Below are positions 1-6,857 of a stretch of DNA of 42,222 nt, piece after piece; the first letter of the stretch is position 1; each line of letters opens with the position of its first letter. The notes under the pieces are model-generated. The model did not search any database. It worked only from the letters and a program-made list of their open reading frames with translations, and was not told the DNA's origin. Source of the stretch: a virus; the IMG/VR virus record IMGVR_UViG_2728369266_000002, positions 1 through 42,222 of that record. The stretch is one strand, 5' to 3'. The position numbers and the translations under genes were made by a program.

Positions 1-95
1 TGAGAACCAGAGGGCTGACGGCCCCATGACGGCCCCAGAGACCCTTGTCGCAGCAACGGAGCAGGTATAGCGTGGAAACACTCCAAACGATCCTG
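1..95. repeat. Left copy of the 95-bp perfect direct repeat (identical to 42128..42222)
   Basis: Base-by-base identity read from the sequence. It contains the last 23 codons and stop of the integrase reading frame, and a tandem 11-mer TGACGGCCCCA x2 at 16..37. Confidence 0.95.
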
Positions 96-310
96 GACTG
101 AAGCGAGCGTTTGACCTACCAGGACCGACGTCGACTGAATGGCGTTTGACCTGCAATTACAGGACTGACGACTACCGATCGGTACCGACGATTGCCGAGT
201 GTCTGACGGCCCTTAGACGGCCCGGATGATCTTCAAACGGAAGCGGCGGGTCTTGGGTGACCAACGCTCCAAAGCAACCCGATTCCACTAATAGGAAGGT
301 TTCCTAAGAG
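96..310. promoter_or_regulatory. Putative att (attP arm-type) region downstream of int
   Basis: GC is visibly lower and no credible ORF is present. GCGTTTGACCT occurs at 107..117 and 142..152, each followed by ACCAGGAC-CGACG or ACAGGACTGACG. TGACGGCCC and TAGACGGCCC occur at 204..212 and 214..223 and match the tandem pair at 16..37. CTyCAAAsg occurs at 81..89, 231..239 and 267..275. Confidence 0.5.
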
Positions 311-493
311 ATGTTACCGGCTCTCCGACCTGCCCGTCTGCTACCCGGTCTACTGCGCGGCCTCGTCTGGTTCACCCTCGGGGCGCTGCTCGGCATCGCC
401 CTCGCGACCGCCTACTCCCCGGCACGCCCGCCCGGCTGGAGTCCGGCCGACGTGCCGGGCCCGACGCCCGCCCCCTCGATCTCCACCCCGTAA
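311..493 (+). CDS. Small membrane protein (60 aa), hypothetical
   Basis: The ATG has GGAAGG about 12 nt upstream. One hydrophobic helix (LVWFTLGALLGIALATAY) is followed by a Pro-rich tail, and a stem-loop follows the ORF. Confidence 0.5.
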   Translation: MLPALRPARLLPGLLRGLVWFTLGALLGIALATAYSPARPPGWSPADVPGPTPAPSISTP

Positions 494-499
494 CGAAGC

Positions 500-535
500 G
501 GCCCCGGCCGGTGCTGGAACACCGGTCGCGGGGCC
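500..535 (+). terminator. GC-rich stem-loop, possible terminator or attenuator
   Basis: GGCCCCGGCCGGTG - ctggaa - CACCGGTCGCGGGGCC. The stem is imperfect and there is no U-tract. Confidence 0.4.
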
Positions 536-569
536 TTGATCACCACCTGCTCACGACAGGAGATGACCC

Positions 570-1367
570 GTGGAACACAGTAACGAATCCGCCCCGTCCG
601 CGACGGTGCGTCGGACCGGTCAGCGTGTGGCCGCGCAGGCGCTGAGCCTGGCGCTGGGCGTTGATCTGCCGGTGGCGGACTGGAGCATCGACCGCCGGGG
701 CGACCGGCTCTACGGCCAGTTCGGCGCCGACAGCATCGACGCGGTGACCGCCTGGGCGGAGCGCTTCGGCGGCGAGGTCGAGTACTTCCTGACCGGCTAC
801 CGGATGGCGCTGGTGCACCTGGACCTGTTCGGGACTCCGGCGCGGGTGTGGTGCCCGCTGAGCGGTGACCCCGGTACGGAGCTGCCCGCCGAGCCGCCGG
901 CCCCGGTCGAGTCGCTGAGCGTCGGTTCGCAGGCCGTCGTCGGCCTTGGCGACCGCTCGCCCGCCCCGGGTACCTTCTCCGAGTTGGCCGACCGGGCGGA
1001 GCGGCGCCGCGCCGAGCTGCGTGCGGCCCCGGTCTACATCCCGCCGACGCCCACCGTGTTGGGCGCCACGCTGCGGCTGGCCGCGCAGGTCGCCGACGAG
1101 CTGGGCGAGGTGCCCGGCACCCAGGCCACCGTCTACTCCGACCTGGCCGGCCGCCCGGTGGTCGACATCAGCGTCCCCTCCCGGCAGCCGATCGAGCACC
1201 GCCGGGCGCTGGTCGACGCGGCCGCCGCCCTGGGGCAGGTCACCACCGCCGAGCACCGGGGCGCCCGCCTCGCCGAGCTGACGATCCACGACTACGAGGG
1301 TTCGGGTGCCGAGGTCTGGGTGGGCGCCCGTATCCGCGACGAGGCCGACGCGGAGGCGACCCGATGA
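570..1367 (+). CDS. Hypothetical protein with two similar ~100-aa halves
   Basis: The GTG start has AGGAG 8 nt upstream and the composition is protein-like. The stop overlaps the next start (ATGA at 1364..1367). Confidence 0.75.
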   Translation: MEHSNESAPSATVRRTGQRVAAQALSLALGVDLPVADWSIDRRGDRLYGQFGADSIDAVTAWAERFGGEVEYFLTGYRMALVHLDLFGTPARVWCPLSGDPGTELPAEPPAPVESLSVGSQAVVGLGDRSPAPGTFSELADRAERRRAELRAAPVYIPPTPTVLGATLRLAAQVADELGEVPGTQATVYSDLAGRPVVDISVPSRQPIEHRRALVDAAAALGQVTTAEHRGARLAELTIHDYEGSGAEVWVGARIRDEADAEATR

Positions 1368-2689
1368 GCGACTTCGTCTTCTCCCTGCCCCCGGCAATCC
1401 TGGCGGTGCTGACCGTGGCGGCCGTGGCGGTCCCGGCGCTGGTGGTGTGGCTGGTGTGGCGGTCGGTCAGCGAGATGGCGAAGCGGTTCGCCAAGGGCGG
1501 CACCACCGCCCTGCTCGCCTTCTTCGTCGCGGTCACCATGGCGCTGAGCGCGTCCGGGCTGATCGGGTTCGGGTACGGCGAGATGGGCCTGGACGGGTGG
1601 CTGACGCCGCTGAGCGTGGCCGTGTTCCTCGCCCTGGACGGCGCGGCGCTGGCGATCGCGCGCAGCGTGTGGCTGCTCAACCGCGACGGCAAGAGCGCGG
1701 GGGTGCACCGGGCGTTCATGTGGGTGCTCGTCGCCGCGTCGGCGTGGTTCAACTGGGTGCACGCGCCCGAGGTGTTCGCCGCCCAGGCCGCCTACGCGCT
1801 GTTCCCGGTGTCGGCGGCGGTGCTGTTCGAGCTGATCCTGGCCGCGCGCCGCAAGGCCGACGAGGTCATCGACCGGCGCATCGGGGTGGAGCGGTGGCTG
1901 CACCCGGTGGAGATGGTGCGGGTGCGCTGGCTGCTGGCCGCCGACGCGCAGTTGGCGGCCGATGTGGCGACCCGCCGGGTGCGCGTGCAGGCCGCCGCCA
2001 ACTCCCTGTACCGGGTGCGCCAGATGGCCGGGGCGCCGGCGCCGTTCGGGCTGGGGTGGGTGATGCCCGGCATCTACCGCAGGGCGGTACGGGCTGCCCA
2101 GGCCGCGGCCGCGCGGGCGGACTTCGCCGACCCCCTGGCGGCCGCCGAGGTGGTCCGCCAGTTGCAGGTGCTCACCCTCGTCGAGCGGTTCGCCGGGGCG
2201 GACTACCGCACCCCGCACGAGGCCCGCGACCTGGTCGCCAACCTCATCACCCCCGCCAACCTCGGAGTTGGCGGGGGTGCCGACGAGGTCGGCCTGTACG
2301 CGGAGTTCCGGGCGATCCTCGCCGGGGTCGGCCTGGACGCCGCACCGGCGGAGCGGCCGCATCTGGCGGTGGTCGCCGAGCAGCCGCCCACCCCCGCCAA
2401 CCACGGGGGCGGCGCCGTCGAGCCGGGCCCGACCGCTCCCGCCTGGTCGCTGGAGGAGGCCGCCGCGGCGGTCGACTGGGGTGCCGTCCCGGCCGAGGAG
2501 GTTGGCGGCCTGGTGGCGGATCTGGCGGCGGACTTCGTGACCGACCGCCAGGACTCTGGCGCCCCGGCGTGGGGGGCGGGCAAGACCTTCGCCCGCGCCC
2601 TGCTCGCGGCCGGCTGCCCGCTGTCGGACCGCCAGCTGCGCGACTACGTCAAGCGCGCCCAGCGCGACCTGGAGTCCACCGGCTCCTGA
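1364..2689 (+). CDS. Polytopic membrane protein, DUF2637-like (Spd-like candidate)
   Basis: ATGA coupling to the upstream gene. Several hydrophobic helices lie in the first ~170 aa, followed by an Ala/Arg-rich soluble C-terminal half. The gene sits directly upstream of the FtsK/SpoIIIE gene. The family assignment is from memory. Confidence 0.7.
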   Translation: MSDFVFSLPPAILAVLTVAAVAVPALVVWLVWRSVSEMAKRFAKGGTTALLAFFVAVTMALSASGLIGFGYGEMGLDGWLTPLSVAVFLALDGAALAIARSVWLLNRDGKSAGVHRAFMWVLVAASAWFNWVHAPEVFAAQAAYALFPVSAAVLFELILAARRKADEVIDRRIGVERWLHPVEMVRVRWLLAADAQLAADVATRRVRVQAAANSLYRVRQMAGAPAPFGLGWVMPGIYRRAVRAAQAAAARADFADPLAAAEVVRQLQVLTLVERFAGADYRTPHEARDLVANLITPANLGVGGGADEVGLYAEFRAILAGVGLDAAPAERPHLAVVAEQPPTPANHGGGAVEPGPTAPAWSLEEAAAAVDWGAVPAEEVGGLVADLAADFVTDRQDSGAPAWGAGKTFARALLAAGCPLSDRQLRDYVKRAQRDLESTGS

Positions 2690-2793
2690 CCGGCGCCCGT
2701 CGCCCGCCCGCCCATGGCCTGCATGACACAGGTCATGATCGGGCGGGTGGCGGGGACCGGGCCAGGTCCACCACTCCGATGAAGGGACACGCC

Positions 2794-2943
2794 ATGGCCA
2801 AGATCAGGGTCTACGCCAAGGACGGATCGGTCCTGGACGTCACCACAGAAAACCTCGACGACCAGCGGTTTTATGAGGACCTGCCGTTCAACTCCGACGC
2901 CGTGAGCAGGGTGACGGTCGTCGAGGAACGCGACGAGAAGTAG
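2794..2943 (+). CDS. Small hypothetical protein (49 aa)
   Basis: The ATG at 2794 is preceded by GAAGGGA, with an alternative ATG at 2779. The sequence is non-repetitive and acidic (MAKIRVYAKDGSVLDV...). Confidence 0.55.
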   Translation: MAKIRVYAKDGSVLDVTTENLDDQRFYEDLPFNSDAVSRVTVVEERDEK

Positions 2944-2948
2944 CCGGT

Positions 2949-2991
2949 CCGGGCCGCCGCTGCGATCCCTGGCAGGAACGCGGCGGCCCGG
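2949..2991 (+). terminator. Stem-loop between the small ORF and the FtsK-like gene
   Basis: CCGGGCCGCCGC (2949..2960) pairs perfectly with GCGGCGGCCCGG (2980..2991), with a 19-nt loop. Confidence 0.4.
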
Positions 2992-3031
2992 ATGCCCCAC
3001 ATCCTTCGATGAGGAACGGAGCCCCACCAGC

Positions 3032-5155
3032 ATGGCACTGCTGTCCCACCGGCCGGAAGAGTCCGGCGAGGTCGAGCGGAAGGTGTTCGACGGCGAGATC
3101 GTCGACGAGGCGCCCACCGACACCGTCCGGGTGGACGAGGTGCGCGTGGACGCCCCCGAGGTGTTGGACGACACCGGGTCGTGGGTGGCGCGGCGCCGCG
3201 CCCTGCTGGCCGACGCGCCGCCGATCATCCCTCCGTACCTGCGCACCCGCGAGCAGTTGGAGGAGACCGCGCGGTGGGCGGTGGCCTACTACGCGCACGT
3301 CGGCGCGTTCCACGCCACCCGCTCCCCGTTCTACATGCTGCGCCTCATGGCTCGCTCCCCGCGCGGCGCGGGGCGGCTGATCGGCCGCTGGGTGGCGTGG
3401 GTGGCCGACGCCCAGGCCGCGCCCGTGCACGCCAAGGTCGCCGCGTCCGGCGACGTGCAAGCGTGGCTGGTGCTGTCGCGCGAGCACTCCCGCCGGGTCA
3501 AGCCGCGCCGCATCACCTCCGCCGTGGTCGCGGTCCCGGTGGCGCTGGCGATGCTGACCGCGGTGCTGGTGATGCCCGCCTGGGTGAGCGGGCTGGGGGT
3601 GTGGCTGCTGCTGTGCCTGCTCGGGCTGGCCGGTGGGGACCCTGACCGGCCCCTGATCGCCCGCTACGTGGCCGCCCAGCTCCAGCGGCCGCTGGCCTCC
3701 CCGGAGATCGAGGCGGCGCTGGAGGCCATCGGCATCAAGGGCAAGGTCGACTTCGTCGAGCAGATCGCCGTCGACGGCCCCGGCTGGCGCGCCGAACTCG
3801 ACCTCCCGCCGGGGGTGCTGGCCGAGCGGCTGCTGGACAAGCGCAAGGAGCTGGCCGGGGCGATGCGCCGCCCCCTGCAGTGCGTCTGGCCGAGCGTGGG
3901 CAGCGAGCATCCGTCGCGGGCGGTGCTGTGGGTGGCCAAGCGCGACCCCCGCACCATCAAGCGCGCGTGGCCGCTGCTCGCCGACGGCCAGGCCGACATG
4001 TACGCCGCGTTCCCCTTCGGCGTCACCCCCCGCGGGGAGACCGTGCCGCTGACCCTGATCGGCACCAACGTCCTCATCGGCGGCGTGATGGGGTCGGGGA
4101 AGACCAGCGCGGTGCTGGTGATCGCGCTGGCCGGGGCGCTGGACCCCACCTGCCAACTGTGGCTGTTCGAGCTGAAGGGCTCCGGGGACATGGAGTCCGT
4201 CCAGCCCGTCGCCCACCGCTACGTCCAAGGCGACGACGACGAGCACTGCCACGCCGCCCTGGACGCCATGTACGCGCTGGAGGCCGAGCTGAAGCGCCGC
4301 AAGAAGATCGTCGCCGCGCTGCCGGTGGAAGACGTCCCCACCGGCCGCAAGGTCACCCGCGCCCTGGCCGACAAGTACCCGCACCTGGACCTGGACCCGA
4401 TCCTGGCCATCTTCGACGAGGTGCACACCGTCTTCGAGCACCCCGAGGTCGGCAAGGAAGCCGCCGAGGTCGCCGGCCGCCTGATCCGCAAGGCGCGCGC
4501 CTACGGGATCATCCTCGTGCTCACCACCCAGAAACCCGACGGCGACTCCATCCCCAAGATGGTGTCCGACAACGCCATTGTCCGGTTCTGCTTGGCGATC
4601 ACCGGGCACATCGCCAACGACCTGGTGCTGGGCACCGGCATGTACAAACGCGGCATCCGCGCCAACATCTTCGAACCCGCCGAGGGCGACGACCCCAAGG
4701 ATTCGGGAACCGGCTGGCTGACCCGCTCGGCCACCAGCGCCAAGATCGTGCGCGCCTACTTCATCGGCCAGGCCGACGCCCGCGCCGTCGGCCGCCGCGC
4801 CCTCGCGCTGCGCACCGCCGCCGGGACGCTGACCGGGGAGGCCGCCGGACGCACCGTCGAGCCCGTGGTGCGCGAGACGATCGCCGACCACCTGCACGCG
4901 GTGTGGCCCGAGGGCGCCGACCGGGTGCACTCCCACCGCCTCGTGGAAGCCCTGGCCGCCTACCGGCCCGAGCTGTACGCCCCGTGGCTGGAAGAGGACG
5001 ACCCCGCCGCCCGCTCCACCACCCTGGCCGCCGCCCTCAAACCCCACCGCATCCCCACCCACCAGCTCACCATCCGCGACTGCTGCGGCGGCGCCAAGGG
5101 CGTGCGCCACCAGGACCTCCCGCCCGCCAAGACCCCCGCCGACGACGACGAATAG
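3032..5155 (+). CDS. FtsK/SpoIIIE-family DNA translocase, TraB/TraSA-like (conjugative-type)
   Basis: Walker A is GVMGSGKTS (about 4081..4110) and Walker B is ILAIFDEVH (about 4400..4426). Hydrophobic helices lie near aa 165-200 and the C-terminal tail is helical. The ATG has GGAG upstream. Confidence 0.9.
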   Translation: MALLSHRPEESGEVERKVFDGEIVDEAPTDTVRVDEVRVDAPEVLDDTGSWVARRRALLADAPPIIPPYLRTREQLEETARWAVAYYAHVGAFHATRSPFYMLRLMARSPRGAGRLIGRWVAWVADAQAAPVHAKVAASGDVQAWLVLSREHSRRVKPRRITSAVVAVPVALAMLTAVLVMPAWVSGLGVWLLLCLLGLAGGDPDRPLIARYVAAQLQRPLASPEIEAALEAIGIKGKVDFVEQIAVDGPGWRAELDLPPGVLAERLLDKRKELAGAMRRPLQCVWPSVGSEHPSRAVLWVAKRDPRTIKRAWPLLADGQADMYAAFPFGVTPRGETVPLTLIGTNVLIGGVMGSGKTSAVLVIALAGALDPTCQLWLFELKGSGDMESVQPVAHRYVQGDDDEHCHAALDAMYALEAELKRRKKIVAALPVEDVPTGRKVTRALADKYPHLDLDPILAIFDEVHTVFEHPEVGKEAAEVAGRLIRKARAYGIILVLTTQKPDGDSIPKMVSDNAIVRFCLAITGHIANDLVLGTGMYKRGIRANIFEPAEGDDPKDSGTGWLTRSATSAKIVRAYFIGQADARAVGRRALALRTAAGTLTGEAAGRTVEPVVRETIADHLHAVWPEGADRVHSHRLVEALAAYRPELYAPWLEEDDPAARSTTLAAALKPHRIPTHQLTIRDCCGGAKGVRHQDLPPAKTPADDDE

Positions 5156-5183
5156 CGCCCGGAAGGCCCCGTCGGCCACCACC

Positions 5184-5283
5184 CCGAAACCCGATATCAG
5201 CCCAGGTCACACACCATTCCAGCCGACATCGCAGGCGAAACCGGTTTCACGGCCAGGCGAAACCACCACCCCCACCCGAAACC
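5184..5283. repeat. Four copies of CGAAACC just downstream of the FtsK-like gene (candidate clt/TRS repeats)
   Basis: CCGAAACC occurs at 5184..5191, AGGCGAAACC at 5233..5242 and 5255..5264, and CCGAAACC at 5276..5283. The palindrome GAAACCGGTTTC lies at 5237..5248. Confidence 0.6.
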
Positions 5284-5288
5284 AGTCC

Positions 5289-5311
5289 GCGGCCCCTCCC
5301 GGTGGGGCCGC
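5289..5311 (+). terminator. Stem-loop GCGGCCCC-tcccggt-GGGGCCGC
   Basis: Perfect 8-bp stem with a 7-nt loop, about 135 nt after the FtsK-like stop. Confidence 0.45.
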
Positions 5312-5319
5312 GAACGGGG

Positions 5320-5352
5320 GGTGCACATGCACCCGCCGGTGCACGTACACCC
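5320..5352. repeat. Direct 15-mer repeat GGTGCACaTgCACCC / GGTGCACgTaCACCC
   Basis: Copies at 5320..5334 and 5338..5352 are 13/15 identical. Each contains the GTGCAC palindrome. Confidence 0.6.
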
Positions 5353-5373
5353 CGACCGAGGTCCCCAGGACCT

Positions 5374-5434
5374 CAGTCGTGGCCGTCTCACCCACGACTG
5401 CCCCAGGCTTTCAACCGTGGGCGAGACGGCCACG
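5374..5434. repeat. Nested, mutually exclusive inverted repeats (structured DNA or RNA element)
   Basis: CAGTCGTGG (5374..5382) pairs with CCACGACTG (5392..5400). The 19-mer CGTGGCCGTCTCaCCCACG (5379..5397) pairs with CGTGGGcGAGACGGCCACG (5416..5434), with one mismatch. Confidence 0.55.
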
Positions 5435-5498
5435 GTTACCGGCACCGGCAAGCTGGCCGACCTGCACGAATCTGCGGGGCCCTTTGGGGGCCTCGCAA

Positions 5499-5522
5499 GG
5501 GGTACGGACTAGTCCGTACCCC
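5499..5522. repeat. Perfect 24-bp palindrome GGGGTACGGACTAGTCCGTACCCC
   Basis: Read directly from the sequence. It lies between the convergent FtsK-like and NUDIX genes and could act as a bidirectional terminator or a dimer-binding site. Confidence 0.6.
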
Positions 5523-5523
5523 T

Positions 5524-5545
5524 GGGTACACGCTGCCGTGTACCC
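5524..5545 (-). terminator. Hairpin GGGTACACG-ctgc-CGTGTACCC, 10 nt downstream of the NUDIX stop
   Basis: Perfect 9-bp stem with a 4-nt loop. The arms share the GGGTACA/TGTACCC core with the hairpin at 33611..33639. Confidence 0.55.
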
Positions 5546-5554
5546 CCTGCGCGT

Positions 5555-6046
5555 TCACCCCAGGTACGGCTCGCCGTCCTTCAGGCCGTGGTCGATGCGG
5601 CGGCGGATCGCGGGGTGGATGTCGTAGTCGCCGAGGTCGGCCGGGTCGACCCACCGGACTTCGAACGCCTCGCTGGGCTCGGGCTGGATCCGGCCGCCGA
5701 CGGGGCGGCCGCGGAAGCAGGTGTTGATGGGCTGGCGGACCTCGTCGACCTTGCCGCGCTTGATGTAGGCGATGAGGTGGTCGGGGTCGGAGAAGATCCC
5801 GACGAGGCCGGTGACCTCGATGTCGATGCCGGTCTCCTCCTTGCACTCCCGGATGCCGGCCTGGGCGACGGTCTCCCCGGTCTTCACGCCGCCGGTGGGG
5901 ATGGTCCACAGGTTGTTGTCGGTGCGCTGCAGGAGCAGCACCCGTCCGCGGTCGTCGCGGACGAACACCGACGCGGACGCTTTGCGGCTGGTGGGGGCGG
6001 GGGCGTTGGGGTCTTGCCAGTAATCGATCCTGCGGGTACGGGTCAT
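5555..6046 (-). CDS. NUDIX hydrolase (Pif-like candidate)
   Basis: The NUDIX box is GGVKTGETVAQAGIRECKEETGI (about 5826..5894). The ATG at 6046 overlaps the upstream stop (ATGA). The longer ORF start at 6088 is less likely. Confidence 0.9.
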   Translation of the reverse strand: MTRTRRIDYWQDPNAPAPTSRKASASVFVRDDRGRVLLLQRTDNNLWTIPTGGVKTGETVAQAGIRECKEETGIDIEVTGLVGIFSDPDHLIAYIKRGKVDEVRQPINTCFRGRPVGGRIQPEPSEAFEVRWVDPADLGDYDIHPAIRRRIDHGLKDGEPYLG

Positions 6047-6786
6047 CGGTGCTCCAGTGCCATGTCGGCGGGCTTCGCCGATCCCCATACCCGCTCGAAG
6101 CTCTCGACGTAGGTGGTGAAGTAGGCGCCGTCGATGCGGCGCAGGTGCATGGTGGGGGTGTAGGCGGCCAGCACTCCGTAGGCGTGGACGTTGACGATCA
6201 TCTCGTCGTCGAACCGGTAGATGCTGTTGTACAGCGGAGTGTCGTGCAGCCGCACCTCCACCGAGGGCGGCATCCGCTCCCGGTAGTAGTACAGGACGGC
6301 GGCGACCCGCCCGGCCACGCCGCCGCCGATGCGGTGCTCGGTGTCGCGGAACGCCAGCTGCTTGCCGTCGGGATCACCCAGCAGCAGCCGCACCCGGGCG
6401 CCGGCCTGGGCCTTGGCGACCAGGGTCGGAATCCAGTCCGGGTGCTCCTCGGTGAGGAACAGCCCCGCGTAGGCCAGCAGGTCGACGTCGCGCTCGGCCG
6501 CGCGCAGCAGCTCGGTCCACAGGTGCTTGGGGACGTCGTTGCGGCGCGGCCAGGTGGCCACCAGCTCCGCCCCGGCCAGCGAGGCGCCGTTGACGGTGTC
6601 GGGCCACAGGTAGCTCTCGTCCTCCTGGACGATCGCCGCCACCCGGTAGCGGGTGCGCGGGTAGGGCACGGCCGTCCCGGCCAGCCACCGTTCGACGGTC
6701 TTCGTCGACACCTCGGCCGCCGCGGCGAAGGACCGGATGTCGTGCCCGGCCCGGTGCATCGCCCGCCGGAGCCGTTCGTTCACCAT
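6043..6786 (-). CDS. XRE-family HTH regulator with a ~180-aa C-terminal domain (DUF5919-like, from memory)
   Basis: The N-terminal HTH is IRSFAAAAEVSTKTVERWLAG. The gene is translationally coupled to the NUDIX gene and divergent from 6858..7172. Confidence 0.85.
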   Translation of the reverse strand: MVNERLRRAMHRAGHDIRSFAAAAEVSTKTVERWLAGTAVPYPRTRYRVAAIVQEDESYLWPDTVNGASLAGAELVATWPRRNDVPKHLWTELLRAAERDVDLLAYAGLFLTEEHPDWIPTLVAKAQAGARVRLLLGDPDGKQLAFRDTEHRIGGGVAGRVAAVLYYYRERMPPSVEVRLHDTPLYNSIYRFDDEMIVNVHAYGVLAAYTPTMHLRRIDGAYFTTYVESFERVWGSAKPADMALEHR

Positions 6787-6857
6787 GCGGTCATCGTGCC
6801 ATCAACCGACATCGCGGCCCATGCCCTTGTCGGTTAGATGTCGGTAGATGTCGAGCG
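6787..6857. promoter_or_regulatory. Divergent promoter/operator region
   Basis: AACCGACATC (6804..6813) is inverted relative to GATGTCGGTA (6837..6846), and GATGTCGAG (6847..6855) follows in tandem. GTCGGT also occurs at 6829..6834. Confidence 0.45.

Noticed and set aside
1-95. A physical direct terminal repeat of a T7-like packaging system.
   Set aside because: The gene content (HNH endonuclease, P27-like TerS, TerL, and a repeat-rich gap between HNH and TerS) points to cos-type ends near 28.2 kb. The 95-bp identity is more simply an assembly overlap or an att core.
2888-5182. 764-aa ORF antisense to the FtsK-like gene. Similar long antisense or off-frame ORFs occur at 540..1397, 1292..2404, 1306..2943 (except its last 49 codons), 8190..9773, 11732..14113, 14880..16784, 15042..17603, 21275..23518, 25912..28293, 33434..36130, 36091..37671 and 40761..42065.
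   Set aside because: These are typical high-GC shadow frames. They are extremely Arg/Gly/Pro/Ala/His-rich with no motifs, and each fully overlaps an ORF with a recognisable protein family or normal composition.
5197-5627. Small ORFs in the post-FtsK noncoding locus (5197..5451 -, 5207..5395 -, 5321..5512 +, 5379..5627 +).
   Set aside because: They overlap each other in several frames, have low-complexity Pro/Arg/Gly content and lack RBSs. The region is better explained by repeats and hairpins.
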